Source: Octopus sinensis (taxonomy: Eukaryota). From it: a stretch of 64,000 nt of DNA. Below, piece by piece: positions 27,945 to 39,668 of this stretch. The notes beneath the pieces were generated by a model. That model had not been told where the DNA came from and ran no database searches. It worked only from the letters and a program-made list of their open reading frames with translations. Location of the stretch: assembly GCF_006345805.1 (NCBI RefSeq), contig NC_043002.1, forward strand, positions 107,508,001 through 107,572,000. The letters run 5' to 3'. The position numbers and the translations under genes were made by a program. The stretch's first letter is position 1. Each line of letters starts with the position of its first letter.

Positions 27945-28190
27945 TTATGTGTCTGTGTGTGTGTTTATCCCCTTACCATTGCTTGACTACCAATGTTGGT
28001 GTGTCTACGTCTCTATAACTTAGCGGCTTGGCAAGAGACCGATAGAATAAGTACTAGACTGACAAAGAATGTCCTGGGGTCAATTTGTTCGACTAAAGGT
28101 GGTGCTCCAGCATGGCCACAGTCAAATGACTGAAACAAATAAAATACACACACAAACATAACCACACCCTATCTGCATCTGCATACTCGC
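27945..28190 (+). mobile_element. 3' half of a CORE-like SINE plus unique flank, duplicated at 28905-29152
   Basis: Direct comparison of the two segments. Confidence 0.8.
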
Positions 28191-28802
28191 AGTTAGGCAT
28201 GATCCCAGTTATGGGTTAACTAGCATGTGTGATGGCATTCCATCTGAGTATGGGGGTACAGAAATACCCTTGACATCAGGGCACGCATTAAAACCATAAA
28301 TATCTAAAATAAAAAACTTGTTAATGAATTCAGAATTTAATAGTTAACGATGTTGACATTATTTTGATGGTCTCAATGAGGGCTAACTTAATTACACACC
28401 AACTCCCTGTTTGTGTAACCCTTCCTCATTTCACTTTTACCGCCTTGGCCCCAAACTCCTTTCCATTCATTCTGCACTAAACACTGTTACATAAGTCTTG
28501 ACTCTCTGGAGCTTTGTTTAATTCCAGGCTAGACCTGATTGAGCAAACCTATAATAAAAGGCATTCCAACTGTGACCATCTTGTCCTATATTTTTTCCTG
28601 GTAGTCTACCAAGGACTACAAGGACAAAGTTTCATGTCCCTGCTTAATACAACTATCATATTTGCTGGCTCATAAAAACCTTATTCTCTGACAGATTATA
28701 AGACAATTGAAAAAAGGAAAAAGCCATTCCTTACTTTCTTTGGATTGTATTGAAAAAATGTGTGATTATATATACACTCACTCACACACACACATATACA
28801 TA

Positions 28803-29100
28803 CACGGTTCTGTGTGGCACTTTGGGCAAGGGTCTTCTATAGCCTCAGGCTGACCAAAGCCTTGTGAGTGGATTTGGTTGATGGAAACTGGAAGAAGCCT
28901 GTAGTGTGTGTGTGTTTATCCCCTTACCATTGCTTGACAACCAATGTTGGTGTGTCTACGTCCCTATAACTTAGCGGCTTGGCAAGAGACCGATAGAATA
29001 AGTACTAGACTGACAAAGAATAAGTCCTGGGACCAATTTGTTCGACTAAAGGTGGTGCTCCAGCATGGCCACACTCAAATGACTGAAACAAATAAAAGAT
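28803..29100 (+). mobile_element. Diverged, CpG-decayed CORE-like SINE
   Basis: Alignable with 12492; many CG positions read TG or CA. Confidence 0.8.
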
Positions 29101-29784
29101 TATATACACACACACAAACATAACCACACCCTATCTGCATCTGCATACTCGCAATTTTGTTAACCAATATTTTGTTAACTCTTAAATCAATTACTGTTTG
29201 ATTTTTCTTTTAATTAGCATTAGTTTTAGCTGAATTGACTAATCGTTTCTGCTTTAGGCACAAGGCCTGAAATTTTGATGGGAGGGGTCTAGGTGATTAT
29301 TCTGACCCCATTTCTCAACTGGTACTTTATTTATTGGCACTGAAAAGATGAAAGGCAAAGTCCACCTCAGCAGCTTTTGAACTTAGTACTAGTAGTAATA
29401 ATATAATAATAATAATAATGCATCCATTAGAATTAAAAACTTAGACACTTCTGTATGGTTACTCAATTGTTTAGAAATGGCAGCCAAATCTTCCTTAAAG
29501 TACACACTACCATCTTCAAAATACTTTTTGTATCCTATGGTCCCTAGATATACTGTCATGGGGAAAACATACCAGATGGTCTCAGCTGGAAATACCTTAA
29601 TCAGATTAATGCTAAACAACCATGATGTTATTATTCATCGATGACTCTGTATCCTCCTTTAATTTCTTCCCTTGAATTCTTTTGAGAGCTGATGCTTAGT
29701 CCTACCTAGTCCCCCTCATCTTGTAGAGGAGGGCAGGATACACCAGCTTGTTGTAGTTGACAGTCCGTCCTCAATGATTTGGTT

Positions 29785-30030
29785 CTTTACATTATTTACA
29801 TTTGATGGATATTTGTCCTCATCTTGTTTGTTAACACAACATTTCGGCTGATATTTCCTCCAGCCTTTATCAAGTGTCCTGGGGAAATTTCAAACCTAGG
29901 TTCACATTTCTAAGGTATTTTTCGATGTTATTATTCAGGTCACTGCTTGGAACCGAACTCAGAATCTTGGGGGTTAGTAGCCTGTGCTCTTAACCACTAC
30001 GCCATATGCCCGTGGGCAATTATGGAGTGA
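29785..30030 (-). mobile_element. Single degenerate copy of the tRNA-head/hammerhead element
   Basis: Minus strand reads GGGCATATGGCGTAGTGGTTAAGAGC...GAGTTCGGTTCCAAGCAGTGACC, then short (AAT)n, then a hammerhead with mutated core (TTGATAA) at 29833-29878. Confidence 0.8.
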
Positions 30031-30951
30031 CTTCTAGAGCTTATAAATATATTTTCCTAGCCTTTCTTTGGTTCTTATTTCATATTTCTCAGAGCAGCTT
30101 CAACCATATGTTTCTGTAAGAAGTAGTGGACAAGTGATATTATGCACTCCAATACTGGCCAACCTGACTTTACAATCCTGGTCCCAGTACCGCTATTAGA
30201 ATTTAATATTGCTTCAAGATAAAGCTTTAACTTTACAAATGTCTTTTAATTCCTGGATTTCTGTTATATAATGTGACCAGTGATGTATTTGGTCTTCTCA
30301 ATGCTACTGAATCTTAAAATCCCATTCTACCATCTTAATATAATCTGGGACTTAGATTAAAGGTGTAAGCAATCAGGGCTAAGCAGGGACTAAATGATGA
30401 GTTTAGCTTTGTCAAGGAAGACCTGGACATATGGATTAACTAGTCCTCAGGTCAACTAGTATCAGTAACTATAATGACTGCAAGAGCTGAATGCTGGGAC
30501 AGGAGAAAGGCAAAATACAAACAAGATATTGTGAAGTAGCATTTCCATTGAGTAAAATTGACATAAGACTTATTTCTAAATAACAGGACACTTAGGTTAT
30601 CAGAATGATTTGTGTGTGTGGATGGGGGTATACATATAATCAACAGCATTTGTTTATTGCATGGTAGACTTAGTCATCAATTTAGCACCACCTACCCCTT
30701 GGCTAGGTGGTGCGAAACTGCAGGTATCTGTCAATCTGTTGCAAACAAAAGGATCCGGTCTAAGATCCTTCTGTCTCATTGGTAAATCTTTTTCACAAAA
30801 AAAAAAATGGATTGGTGAGTTGAGAAAAACTCTGCATCAAGGCTTTCGGGTTTTCCTAATCTTGACAAAATTATGTTAATTACAATTTGAGGTGACATTT
30901 CAATCCTAAAATGATTTGCCCCTGAGAGCATCAACTCTAGAAATCTTTTAA

Positions 30952-31172
30952 CCCTTTAGTGTTCACATTATTCTGCTAAAATTAATGCTTTTTCCTCCAT
31001 ACTGTTTTGAACTAATCATGCATTATCTTGTAACTATGAGAATTTGATGAGGTAGCAGTTAATTTTTAAAACAATATTGTAGGGTTGGTGTGAGAGACCA
31101 GATCTGGTCAGTTTGAACATAAAACAGGCTGAATACTTTTGGCTGGATTTGGCCGGTTTAAATGCTAAAGGG
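30952..31172. mobile_element. piggyBac-like MITE, 221 bp, opposite orientation to 5247-5467
   Basis: TTAA at 30948-30951 and 31173-31176. Same terminal inverted repeats and internal sequence as the first copy. Confidence 0.85.
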
Positions 31173-31387
31173 TTAACTTACTGAGCAGGAGTTACCAGAA
31201 TCTTAATTAGTCTCGAGTATAACCCCTACTTCTAGAATAGAACCTGAGTAGGTACATCGTTTGGATTCTTGTTTTATATATATATACCACATGGATGACG
31301 TATTTGTGTATTAAATTTTATTTTATTTAGAACTGTTGTGTAAGTGAAACACTTTATTTTCATAAATTCTCTTTTTGTTTGTTGCAG

Positions 31388-31523
31388 GGAATGCAAAATT
31401 CAAGTTGATATAGAAAAACCAACAAACCGAGACATTACAGATGCTTTATTAAAACATGAGCAAGCACAGAGGCACTTGAAAAATAACTTGGACTATCAAC
31501 ATGTTTCGGCTACAGAAGTCTGA
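31388..31523 (+). CDS. Delta: Delta terminal coding exon ending in ATEV-stop (class I PDZ-binding motif)
   Basis: Pyrimidine-rich acceptor ...gttgcag|. The phase matches the previous donor (GG|G). Reads ECKIQVDIEKPTNRDITDALLKHEQAQRHLKNNLDYQHVSATEV*. Identification rests on phase, acceptor and the ATEV end shared with vertebrate DLL1/DLL4. Confidence 0.85.
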
Positions 31524-34310
31524 ATAATCCCCTTTTCTGTTTTTTCTTTCTCTCTCCTGCAATAGCAACATCATAACATGTTGTTCAGAATAGCAAAACA
31601 GATATAATCTAAGTGCCTTTTTATTTATTTTTTTTAATTTATTTTTTTTTTTATTTTTCACAGAAAAGGCATTTTTTTCTGTGGCTATTTCTCTGAATTG
31701 TATTTTTGTAAGAGATTATTTTACACCTGTCTTCTCTGTTAGTGAACGGAGTGGATAAGAGTTGCCTGGTGGGTGTGGAATGCACACACACACACACATA
31801 CATACATACACACGCCTACATAACATACACACATGTACACTTCCCCCCCTCTGCGAGAGAGGTAGGTAACCTTGTGTTAACACTGCACTGCCAGATGAGT
31901 GTACAAAAAGAGAAGATAGTTAAATCCCACCCCCCTTTTTTTTTTTTGAAATTTCTTTCTTCTCTCCACCCATCTTGGCTACACAGTAATAAAGCTGCTG
32001 GAAGAAGAGCCTCTAAGACAGAGCCACTCCCCAGCTAATTCCAGGATGTCCTTGTTGACCTACCCTAAGTTGAGCACAAACAGGATGGGCATTTTGTCAC
32101 ATTCCTTTGTCTCTGCCTGCTAGACCATAAAAGAAGTACAAAAGCTACAATGATTGACTAAGACTGGTACAACTCTCCCTCCTTTACCTTTTTTTTTTTT
32201 TTTTTATATTTCCCCTGCCCCTTCTAATTCATGGAATCTTTTTTTTATATTTCCCCTGTACCTCTAATTCATGGAATCTTCAACATCCATGTAAGAATTG
32301 AGAAAGCATGTCTTGCTAAGATACATCACAAAGTAAGAGTGATGAGAATCGGAAGAAATTTCTTCAGGTGTTGGAAGACCCAGAAATTTGGGATGGAATA
32401 CTTGGGATACTGTGTTTTTATATATACACATATAAAAACATTTTTTTTTTTTTTTTTTTTCCATTATATATATATATATTGTTTTAATATACATTAGTAA
32501 ATTATTTTGCCTTTAGTTTTAAGTTTAAAACAAAAAAAATTAACTGAAACCTTATTAAAAGAGAATCCTTGTTTTGTTGCTCAGGCTTGGTTCTTAAAGA
32601 AAGCACACACACACACACACACTCTTACACATGTACATCACACACACACTTTTATGTAATTGTTGCAAATGTTAAGCTTTCCATATCAATGAAAAACAAA
32701 AACAAAAAAAGAAGAAACCAAATTTAATTAAATGGGGTAAGAAATTGTTCAGTATTGCTAAAGTTTAAACAACCAACAAAACAAAAAGACAAATCTTAAT
32801 TTATTTAATTTATTGTTTATATTATCTCCTCCCACCTTTCTGTTAGTTGAAACAAAACAAAAAAATACAAAACAACAAAAAAATAAAAATTAAACTGTGC
32901 TGTACATATTTCACAAAGGAGACCACCACCACAACTGGTAATAAATTCTGGATTGCTTACTTGCTTAACACCAAAATTGGTAACTTTACTGTCGTGGTGT
33001 ATTTCTCCAACAACAAACAAAGTGCTGTTGGGATTTAAAACAAAACAAAACAAAAAACAAAAAAAGCCGTTTTACCACCGTCCTTCTTTCAATAAAGAAT
33101 TCCCAATCTGGTTTCTAAAAGGAGAAAAAAAAAAATGAAACTTTAAAAAAAAAAAAGAAAAAGAAACTAAACAGACACAAACCCAATCAATCAATCAAAC
33201 TCAATGAAATCTGGTATTGATTCCTTTAAACCTCCACAAATAACGAGTCTAACAGCAAAAAAAAAATATAACAATTCATTGGCACTTTTCTCATTTGAAA
33301 CTTTATTTTCAATCTAAAAGTGCAATTAACTGTTTCTAATTTAGCAGAGAGATTGCTCTTCTCTCTCTTCTCTCTATTTTTGTTTTTTTATTTTTTTATT
33401 TTTTTTCCTAGAACTGTAAAAACCATGATCAAAGGAATTGGTTTATGCTGTTCACTTCAAACATCACCCAGGGTCTCAACTTTAATTTTTTTTTTACTCC
33501 TTTCTTTTAGTCTTTATCCTCCTCCTCTTCCCTGTCTCCTCTTTACTGACCACCCTCTGAACTGATGTTCTTCATACAAAGACAAACTTAGATAATTATT
33601 CATCGCCTCATTCTTTTAGCAATATTTTTTGGGGTTTTTTTTTTTTGGTCCCCGCCCTATTGGCTGACTCTCTACAAAATGTACAACCAACTACACACAC
33701 ATTCTGGACACGGACACCCCACACACCTACAATGATCGGGTGTGTATGTGGGGGTGTGTGCAACATACATTTAGCTTCACAATTAATGAGAAGCCAAACC
33801 CTCCCTGGACTTTATGGTACACCAGCGTTGACCGGTGACTCTTGAATTTCGGAAGTGTAGTATTTTTTTTTTTTTTTTTTATCCCAGGAACTTTTCATCA
33901 ACAACAAACAAGTTATGTATCATTTACCATTCCATTTCAGTTGGCAGGCAGGAGAGCGGGTTAAGGGGAGAATATTAATCAAGTTATGAGGCCCAACCCA
34001 GCAACCCCTACAGAACATTTCCCCCACCCCCCCAGTGTTGCTGAACGCAGGCCTTAGCTGTAATGTAGAGTATATATATAATGAAAAACAAACACCAAAA
34101 AAAAAAACGAAAACCATACAAAATTCCCTTCCCCCTTTCCTTCCCCCCCCTCCCAAAAGCATGGAGGCAGACAGCCATGGAAACATGCTTTGTAGCAGTA
34201 TATGTCTGTGATGTTATTTTGTACATATTGTATATTTATCAAGATATGTATATATATATGTCATGTTGTCATATATCAATCAACATGAATAAAGGTCACA
34301 AGCCAGCTAT
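31524..34310 (+). other. Delta: Putative Delta 3' UTR (end uncertain)
   Basis: Follows the stop codon. U-rich, largely free of the SINE fragments that fill neighbouring DNA, with several AATAAA hexamers (31988, 33091, 34288). Confidence 0.55.
34288..34293 (+). terminator. Candidate polyadenylation signal AATAAA
   Basis: Most distal clear AATAAA of the UTR-like block, followed by T-rich sequence. Alternatives exist at 31988 and 33091. Confidence 0.35.
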
Positions 34311-35159
34311 TTTTTCAATTACAGAATTCATCCTCTTTGGTTAGCTTCCTGCTATTGTGCTTATATATCTGTGTGTGTGTGTATATATGTATAACCTGTG
34401 CATGTTATGCTTTCTTTTCAACATGTTTCCTCCAAAAAGGTTTTTTTTTCTTTCAGAATCCTGGTTTCTCTTAATTTATTTTTTATTGAAATACATTCTC
34501 ATTTACTTCAGTTACGGAATTTTTCCAAAATAGGAGGTTTGCTGAAATTTAAAATGGCAAACTTCTTTAAATTTTAATTTTACTAGTTAGATATATACTG
34601 TTCTGAAGATCTGTTATTCCTCCACACCATTTCTGCCTTTTACAATTTAACCCAAGATAGAACTCTCACATTTATTTGTCAGTTCTTGGCTAATTTTATT
34701 TAAATGTTACTGGATTTTTTTCTGTTACTCTCCTTTAAGCTTATTTGGGAATATAACTAATTTAGCACCAAATAATGGGACCAGTCATTTGGGGGGAGGG
34801 GTAGTTCAGTTTGATATATTCCCTTGTATAAACCAAATCCTTGCCACCTGAAGCTCTCACATATATTATTTTAGTTGGAAGTAAAGTTGATTGACTTAAT
34901 AACCCAATAACTTGATGGGTTTTCGCTGAAAATCACGTCTCCTCGTAAGTGTGAATATTTGCCGAGGTCTCTCTGCATGGGGAATGGAGTTAGAGGGGTC
35001 AATTTAACAAAAAAATATGCTCACATCTTGTTTCATCAGTCAGTGAGTCACAGCTGTGTCCTTCATGGCAGTTTGTTTGATTGAAGAGCCACAGTTGTAA
35101 CATGTCCATATAATTTCGTTATTGCCCAGAGGGAGCGAAACATAAAGAGAATAAACAAG

Positions 35160-35402
35160 GAGATTAAATCGATTATATCGACCCCAGTGATTAACTGGTT
35201 CTTATTTAATCGACTCCGAAAGGATGAAAGGCAAAGTCGACCACGGCGGAATTTGAACTCAGAACGTAACGGCAAACGAAATACCTATTTCTTTACTACC
35301 CACAAGGGGCTAAACACAGAGAGGACAAACAAGGACAGTCAAATGGATTAAATCGATTATATCGACCACAGTGCGTAACTGGTACTTATTTAATCGACCC
35401 CG
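35160..35402 (-). mobile_element. Chained dimer of the tRNA-SINE with the GACTTTGCC core
   Basis: Contains the same AAGAAATA|GGTATTTCG junction as the 42.6-43.2 kb array. Confidence 0.8.
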
Positions 35403-36734
35403 ACATTGTTTAGCACCAACTTTGGTAGGTTGTGATTTAGGAGTTTACCATTATTTTTAGTAGGAACTCATGCCGTGTTCTGCACACCTTTTACATATCT
35501 AAAAGTTTATCTCAAAGGCTCTCAGTCCCAGACCATATTCTTTGCCGATGACATTTCAGGTTTCTTCCATTTCAAAATCTCGTACTTCCCTGTTAATCCC
35601 TGGAACTATTAATGGAATTGTTACTGACTGCAATTAAATTCTTATTTCAATGGTTCATAAAACTCGCCACTTTTAATGCCTTTGTACTTGGTACATCAAC
35701 TTCAAATTGTACCAAGACTGGTTTGCAAAGTAGAAAACCGAGAACTAAATTCATTTAGTTTTGCTTGATGGTTACCGTGCTTGTATGTGTTCATTTTTTT
35801 TTTTCTTTTTAGTCACCATCATAGCAAAGCCATTTTGAAACTTTACATATCCTCTATCAATGTTTCCACGATGGAAGCATTGTAACATTGTGTTCTTGAA
35901 AATATTGCTGTAATGTGAAATCTGTTTTCGTTATATGTAGCTGGGGAGATGAAAATTACATTTCAGGGCTTTTTAATTATACATGGTAATAATCTGGAAC
36001 CCGTCACCGTGTGGTGTTGAAGCATTGATTAGTTTCACGAAATCCTGTTGGTTAGCTCGTCGATCTGACTATATTCCATTTTGGTCAGGTGCTTAAATAT
36101 TTTCCACAGAAATAGCTGAGGAATTCATCTGATTCCAATCTTGGTTCATATCATGGAAGTTGGTGAGGTATTCCAGAATTATTTTTAAGGCAGTTTTACG
36201 GATTACGTTCATGTGGAAGACTTTATACATGTTCCTGAGATTTACTTCAGTAGATGGCACTCAACAACTTTTCACCTTCAAGATTTATGACGAAAAGAAA
36301 ACTGGAATTGCGAGTCTTCAAGTTCTCTTCCAATTGTTTGAAGTCTTTGATTGATTTCACTTCATTTCCTAATTCATGGAATCCTTACTAAAGACCAGTA
36401 TTATAAACGAAACAAACATCTGTAGTGAATACATTTTAAATATTTTACTTTTTGTTTCGAGAGGTTGTATTCTTCAATGTCTTTTACGGAATTTTTGGAT
36501 GAAGAACCTGATATGCTAAATGTTCATTGGATTGGTTGTCCTTTTTTTTAAAAAAAACACCGTCCCAAATCTATAACTTTAAATATACGAGTTTCTCTCA
36601 ACGCTTGGCAATCGTTGTTGACTTAGGTCCTTGTTGATTAATTCGGCAAAAAATGACCAATAAGTTTAGTCAATCACATCGAACCCAGTCCTGAAAGTAG
36701 TGCCCCAGCATGGCCGTTGTCCGATAACTGTAAT

Positions 36735-37010
36735 CATCATCATCATCATCATCGTTTAACGTCCGTTCTCCATACTAGCATGGGTTGGAAGGTTCAACTG
36801 GGGTCTGTGAAGCCAGAAGGCTGCACCAGGCTCCAGTCTTATCTGGCAATGTTTCTACGGCTGGATGCCCTTCCTAACGCCAACCACTCCGTGAGTGTAG
36901 TGGGTGCTTTTTACGTGCCACCTGCACAGGTGCCAGGCGAGGCTGGCAACGGCCACGGTCGGATTGGTGTATTTTATGTGCCACCGGCACGGAAGCCAGT
37001 CGAGGCGGCG
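36735..37010 (-). mobile_element. (GAT)n-tailed SINE-like element
   Basis: (CAT)n followed by CGTTTAACGTCC...GGATGCCCTTCCTAACGCCAACC. Confidence 0.8.
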
Positions 37011-37382
37011 CTAAGAATAACGGCAATCTTAGAGCTTCTATTTCCCATCATTGTCAGACAGTCTTTACCATATTTTACTTGTCCCCTCGGCCATTAATGA
37101 TATTAACCTTGGTTTCTCGACCACCTGTTTGACAACTTGTTAATAGTTACCAAACAATACTAACCGGGACGTCTTTCAAACTTAACTGAATAACCTCTAG
37201 CAAGATTGTCTAAAGCAGCAAAGGTTTCTCTTTTTCTCCAGTAATGAGGTCTGTTTAATTCGTGATTACTTCTATACCGTGGTGCTTTATCACGCGCGCA
37301 CTTACACTACATCTTTTTCCAGTTCAGAGTTCCTCCTCTGAGATTTATGACGAAATTTGGTTGCTATTTCTGGCTCTTTAAA

Positions 37383-37568
37383 AGGCGGTGAAGTGGCAGT
37401 CATTAGCACGCCGGGCGAAACGCTTAGCGGTATTTCGTCTGTCTTTACATTCTAGGTTCAAATTCGGCCCAGGTCGACTTTGCCTTTCATCCTTTTGGGG
37501 TCGATAAATTAAGTACCAGTTACGCACTGGGGTCGATGTAATCGACTTAATCTCTGTTTGTCCCCTCG
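37383..37568 (+). mobile_element. tRNA-derived SINE (GACTTTGCC core)
   Basis: A box TGGCAGTCATTAG, B box GGTTCAAATTC. Shares its 5' flank with the 42175 copy. Confidence 0.85.
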
Positions 37569-39625
37569 TTTGAAAATAAGGAATCAAAATATTTATTGAA
37601 CGGTCTACAACTGCTTTGTTTTTCCTTCTCTCCCCCGTTACGATGCGGTGTTGAAAATGTGTGTGTGTATCTGGACCTCCTCTGAATAAACGGCGTGTTG
37701 TTACCTCCATTATCAACCGAAGTTTGATGACGTCGGATGAAGACATTCCAACAACCTTAAAACTCCCTTCATTGCTTTGATCTCTGATGTAAGGCGGAGT
37801 TTGATGTCATCAATACTACGGTTATCATGAACTGTAATAGACAGCTGCCTTCCTTTCATCGACTGTTATCATTTGATATTGTCGGGGTTAATGAAAGCTA
37901 GATTTTGATTGTGCAGATTTTAATGTTTTATAAAGTAACACATTAGAGGAAACGGAAGTAACCTTTGACTTTATCTACTATATTTGTCTGCGCGTGCGCT
38001 CTTCATTTTATATTAGTTATTAAACATTTGTCCATTTTTGATACTAATATTTACAATTCCGTCCAAGTTGAATTCTAAGATCAATTTTCATTCAGAAGTC
38101 TGAACTGCTTTTTAAATTATAATTTTCAAATTTTGGCGCAAGGCCAGCGGTTTTGAGGAGAGGGTGGGCAAGTCGACACCAGTATGCAACTGGTACTCTA
38201 TTCATCCCGAGAAGAGTCATTAGAAATACTACTGAGCACTTTGACCGATTCTGCCAGTTAGGTACCTTAATGACAAAGGAATACGAAGCAGCCTTGCCCT
38301 CTTTTTTTTTTTTCTTTTTTTTTGCAGTCGGGTTACTATGAAAAACTGTAAACCAATTTCAAGTAGGGAAGAAAAAAAAAGCTACTTTTCATCCTGGAGC
38401 TGTTTTTATACTGAACGAAAAACTGTTATAAGTTTTCTTTCCTTCAATTTTCTTTCTATTTCTTGCCGAGTATCCTCTTCACACATAGGGCAAAAAAAAC
38501 TCCCTGTATATATTGAAAGGTCATTAAAATAAACCCATCAGATTGTTCATTTACAAAACGAAATAAAGTTATCTAAAATGAAATAAAATATTTTACATGG
38601 AAATTTATCGTTCTCACAGTGACAATGCTCTTCTCAATACATGTGACATACCAGCTAAAACAATCGTCTGGACTTCTTACTGGGATGGTAAACCAAGGAT
38701 CATTTTCAAATAATTTTCAATTTAGGAATTATCAGTTTATATAATCATAGGTCTATATTTTTTTATGCTGACCACTGATAAAATTTTTAACCATTTTATC
38801 CTTTATATGTATATATATATATAGTGTAATAAATAAAATATATATGCAAACATATATGTACGTTTGTATGTATGCATATATCTTATTTATTACACTATTG
38901 TCTGACAGCGCTTCGCGTCGGGTTCGTTCGATTCGTCGCTTCGTTCCGTTTCTTATCCTCCCAGTATTGTTTTATATATATATATATATATACACTACTA
39001 ATATAGGATAAACTTTCATCAAAAGTGGCAGTATATTAAAATATCTTTAAAGGTGAAATTTATAAACAAGGGCAAAAGAAAAAATATTTTTATGCCAATA
39101 TGCTGAGAATAGACTTTAAATCGTCATTACAATATACATTCACTATAAATACACGTCGTGCTGAAATCGACGGCATTTGAACGTAAGAGAGCCGGAAGAA
39201 ATGCCGCCGACCATTTTGTCAGACGCTCATTCAGCAATTTTACTCTCCCTAATTTTGGCAAAGGGTCAGCCATTTGGAGGAAGGAATTAAGTTGATTACA
39301 TCGACCCCCAAGTGCTAAACTGGGACTTATTTTATCTACCCGAAAGGCAAAGTCAATGCAATTGTCTTCCTCCCTCTCCTTCAAAATTGCTGCTCTTGTG
39401 TATATATTAGAAAGCATTATTATTTGGAATTAGTTAATCTGTCATCTCATTCAATTTTGGCTTTTTGTATAATCGGTGCTTGGCCAATTTTCCTTCATTC
39501 TCGATCCCGAATTTCGCTATGTAAATTAGACAACCTTGGTATCTGCTGCTTTGTAGGAAGTTGGACAAGAATCGCAGTCAAAGATTTTCTTACATTTCGG
39601 CTACAATTTATCGCCGTCATTTCAA

Positions 39626-39668
<43 letters not shown>

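Noticed and set aside
29940-30012. Functional tRNA gene (CTACTAA anticodon-like loop; also at 17915-17990)
   Set aside because: A and B boxes are present but the acceptor and T stems do not pair, and the segment is part of a dispersed repeat.
11261-31523. Serrate/Jagged or Notch identity
   Set aside because: There are only 9 EGF repeats and no vWC-like cysteine-rich, LNR or ankyrin regions. A DSL domain is present.
35450-36360. Coding-looking sequence downstream of the UTR
   Set aside because: There are stops in all frames examined and no recognisable motif. It is possibly a decayed transposon but could not be assigned.
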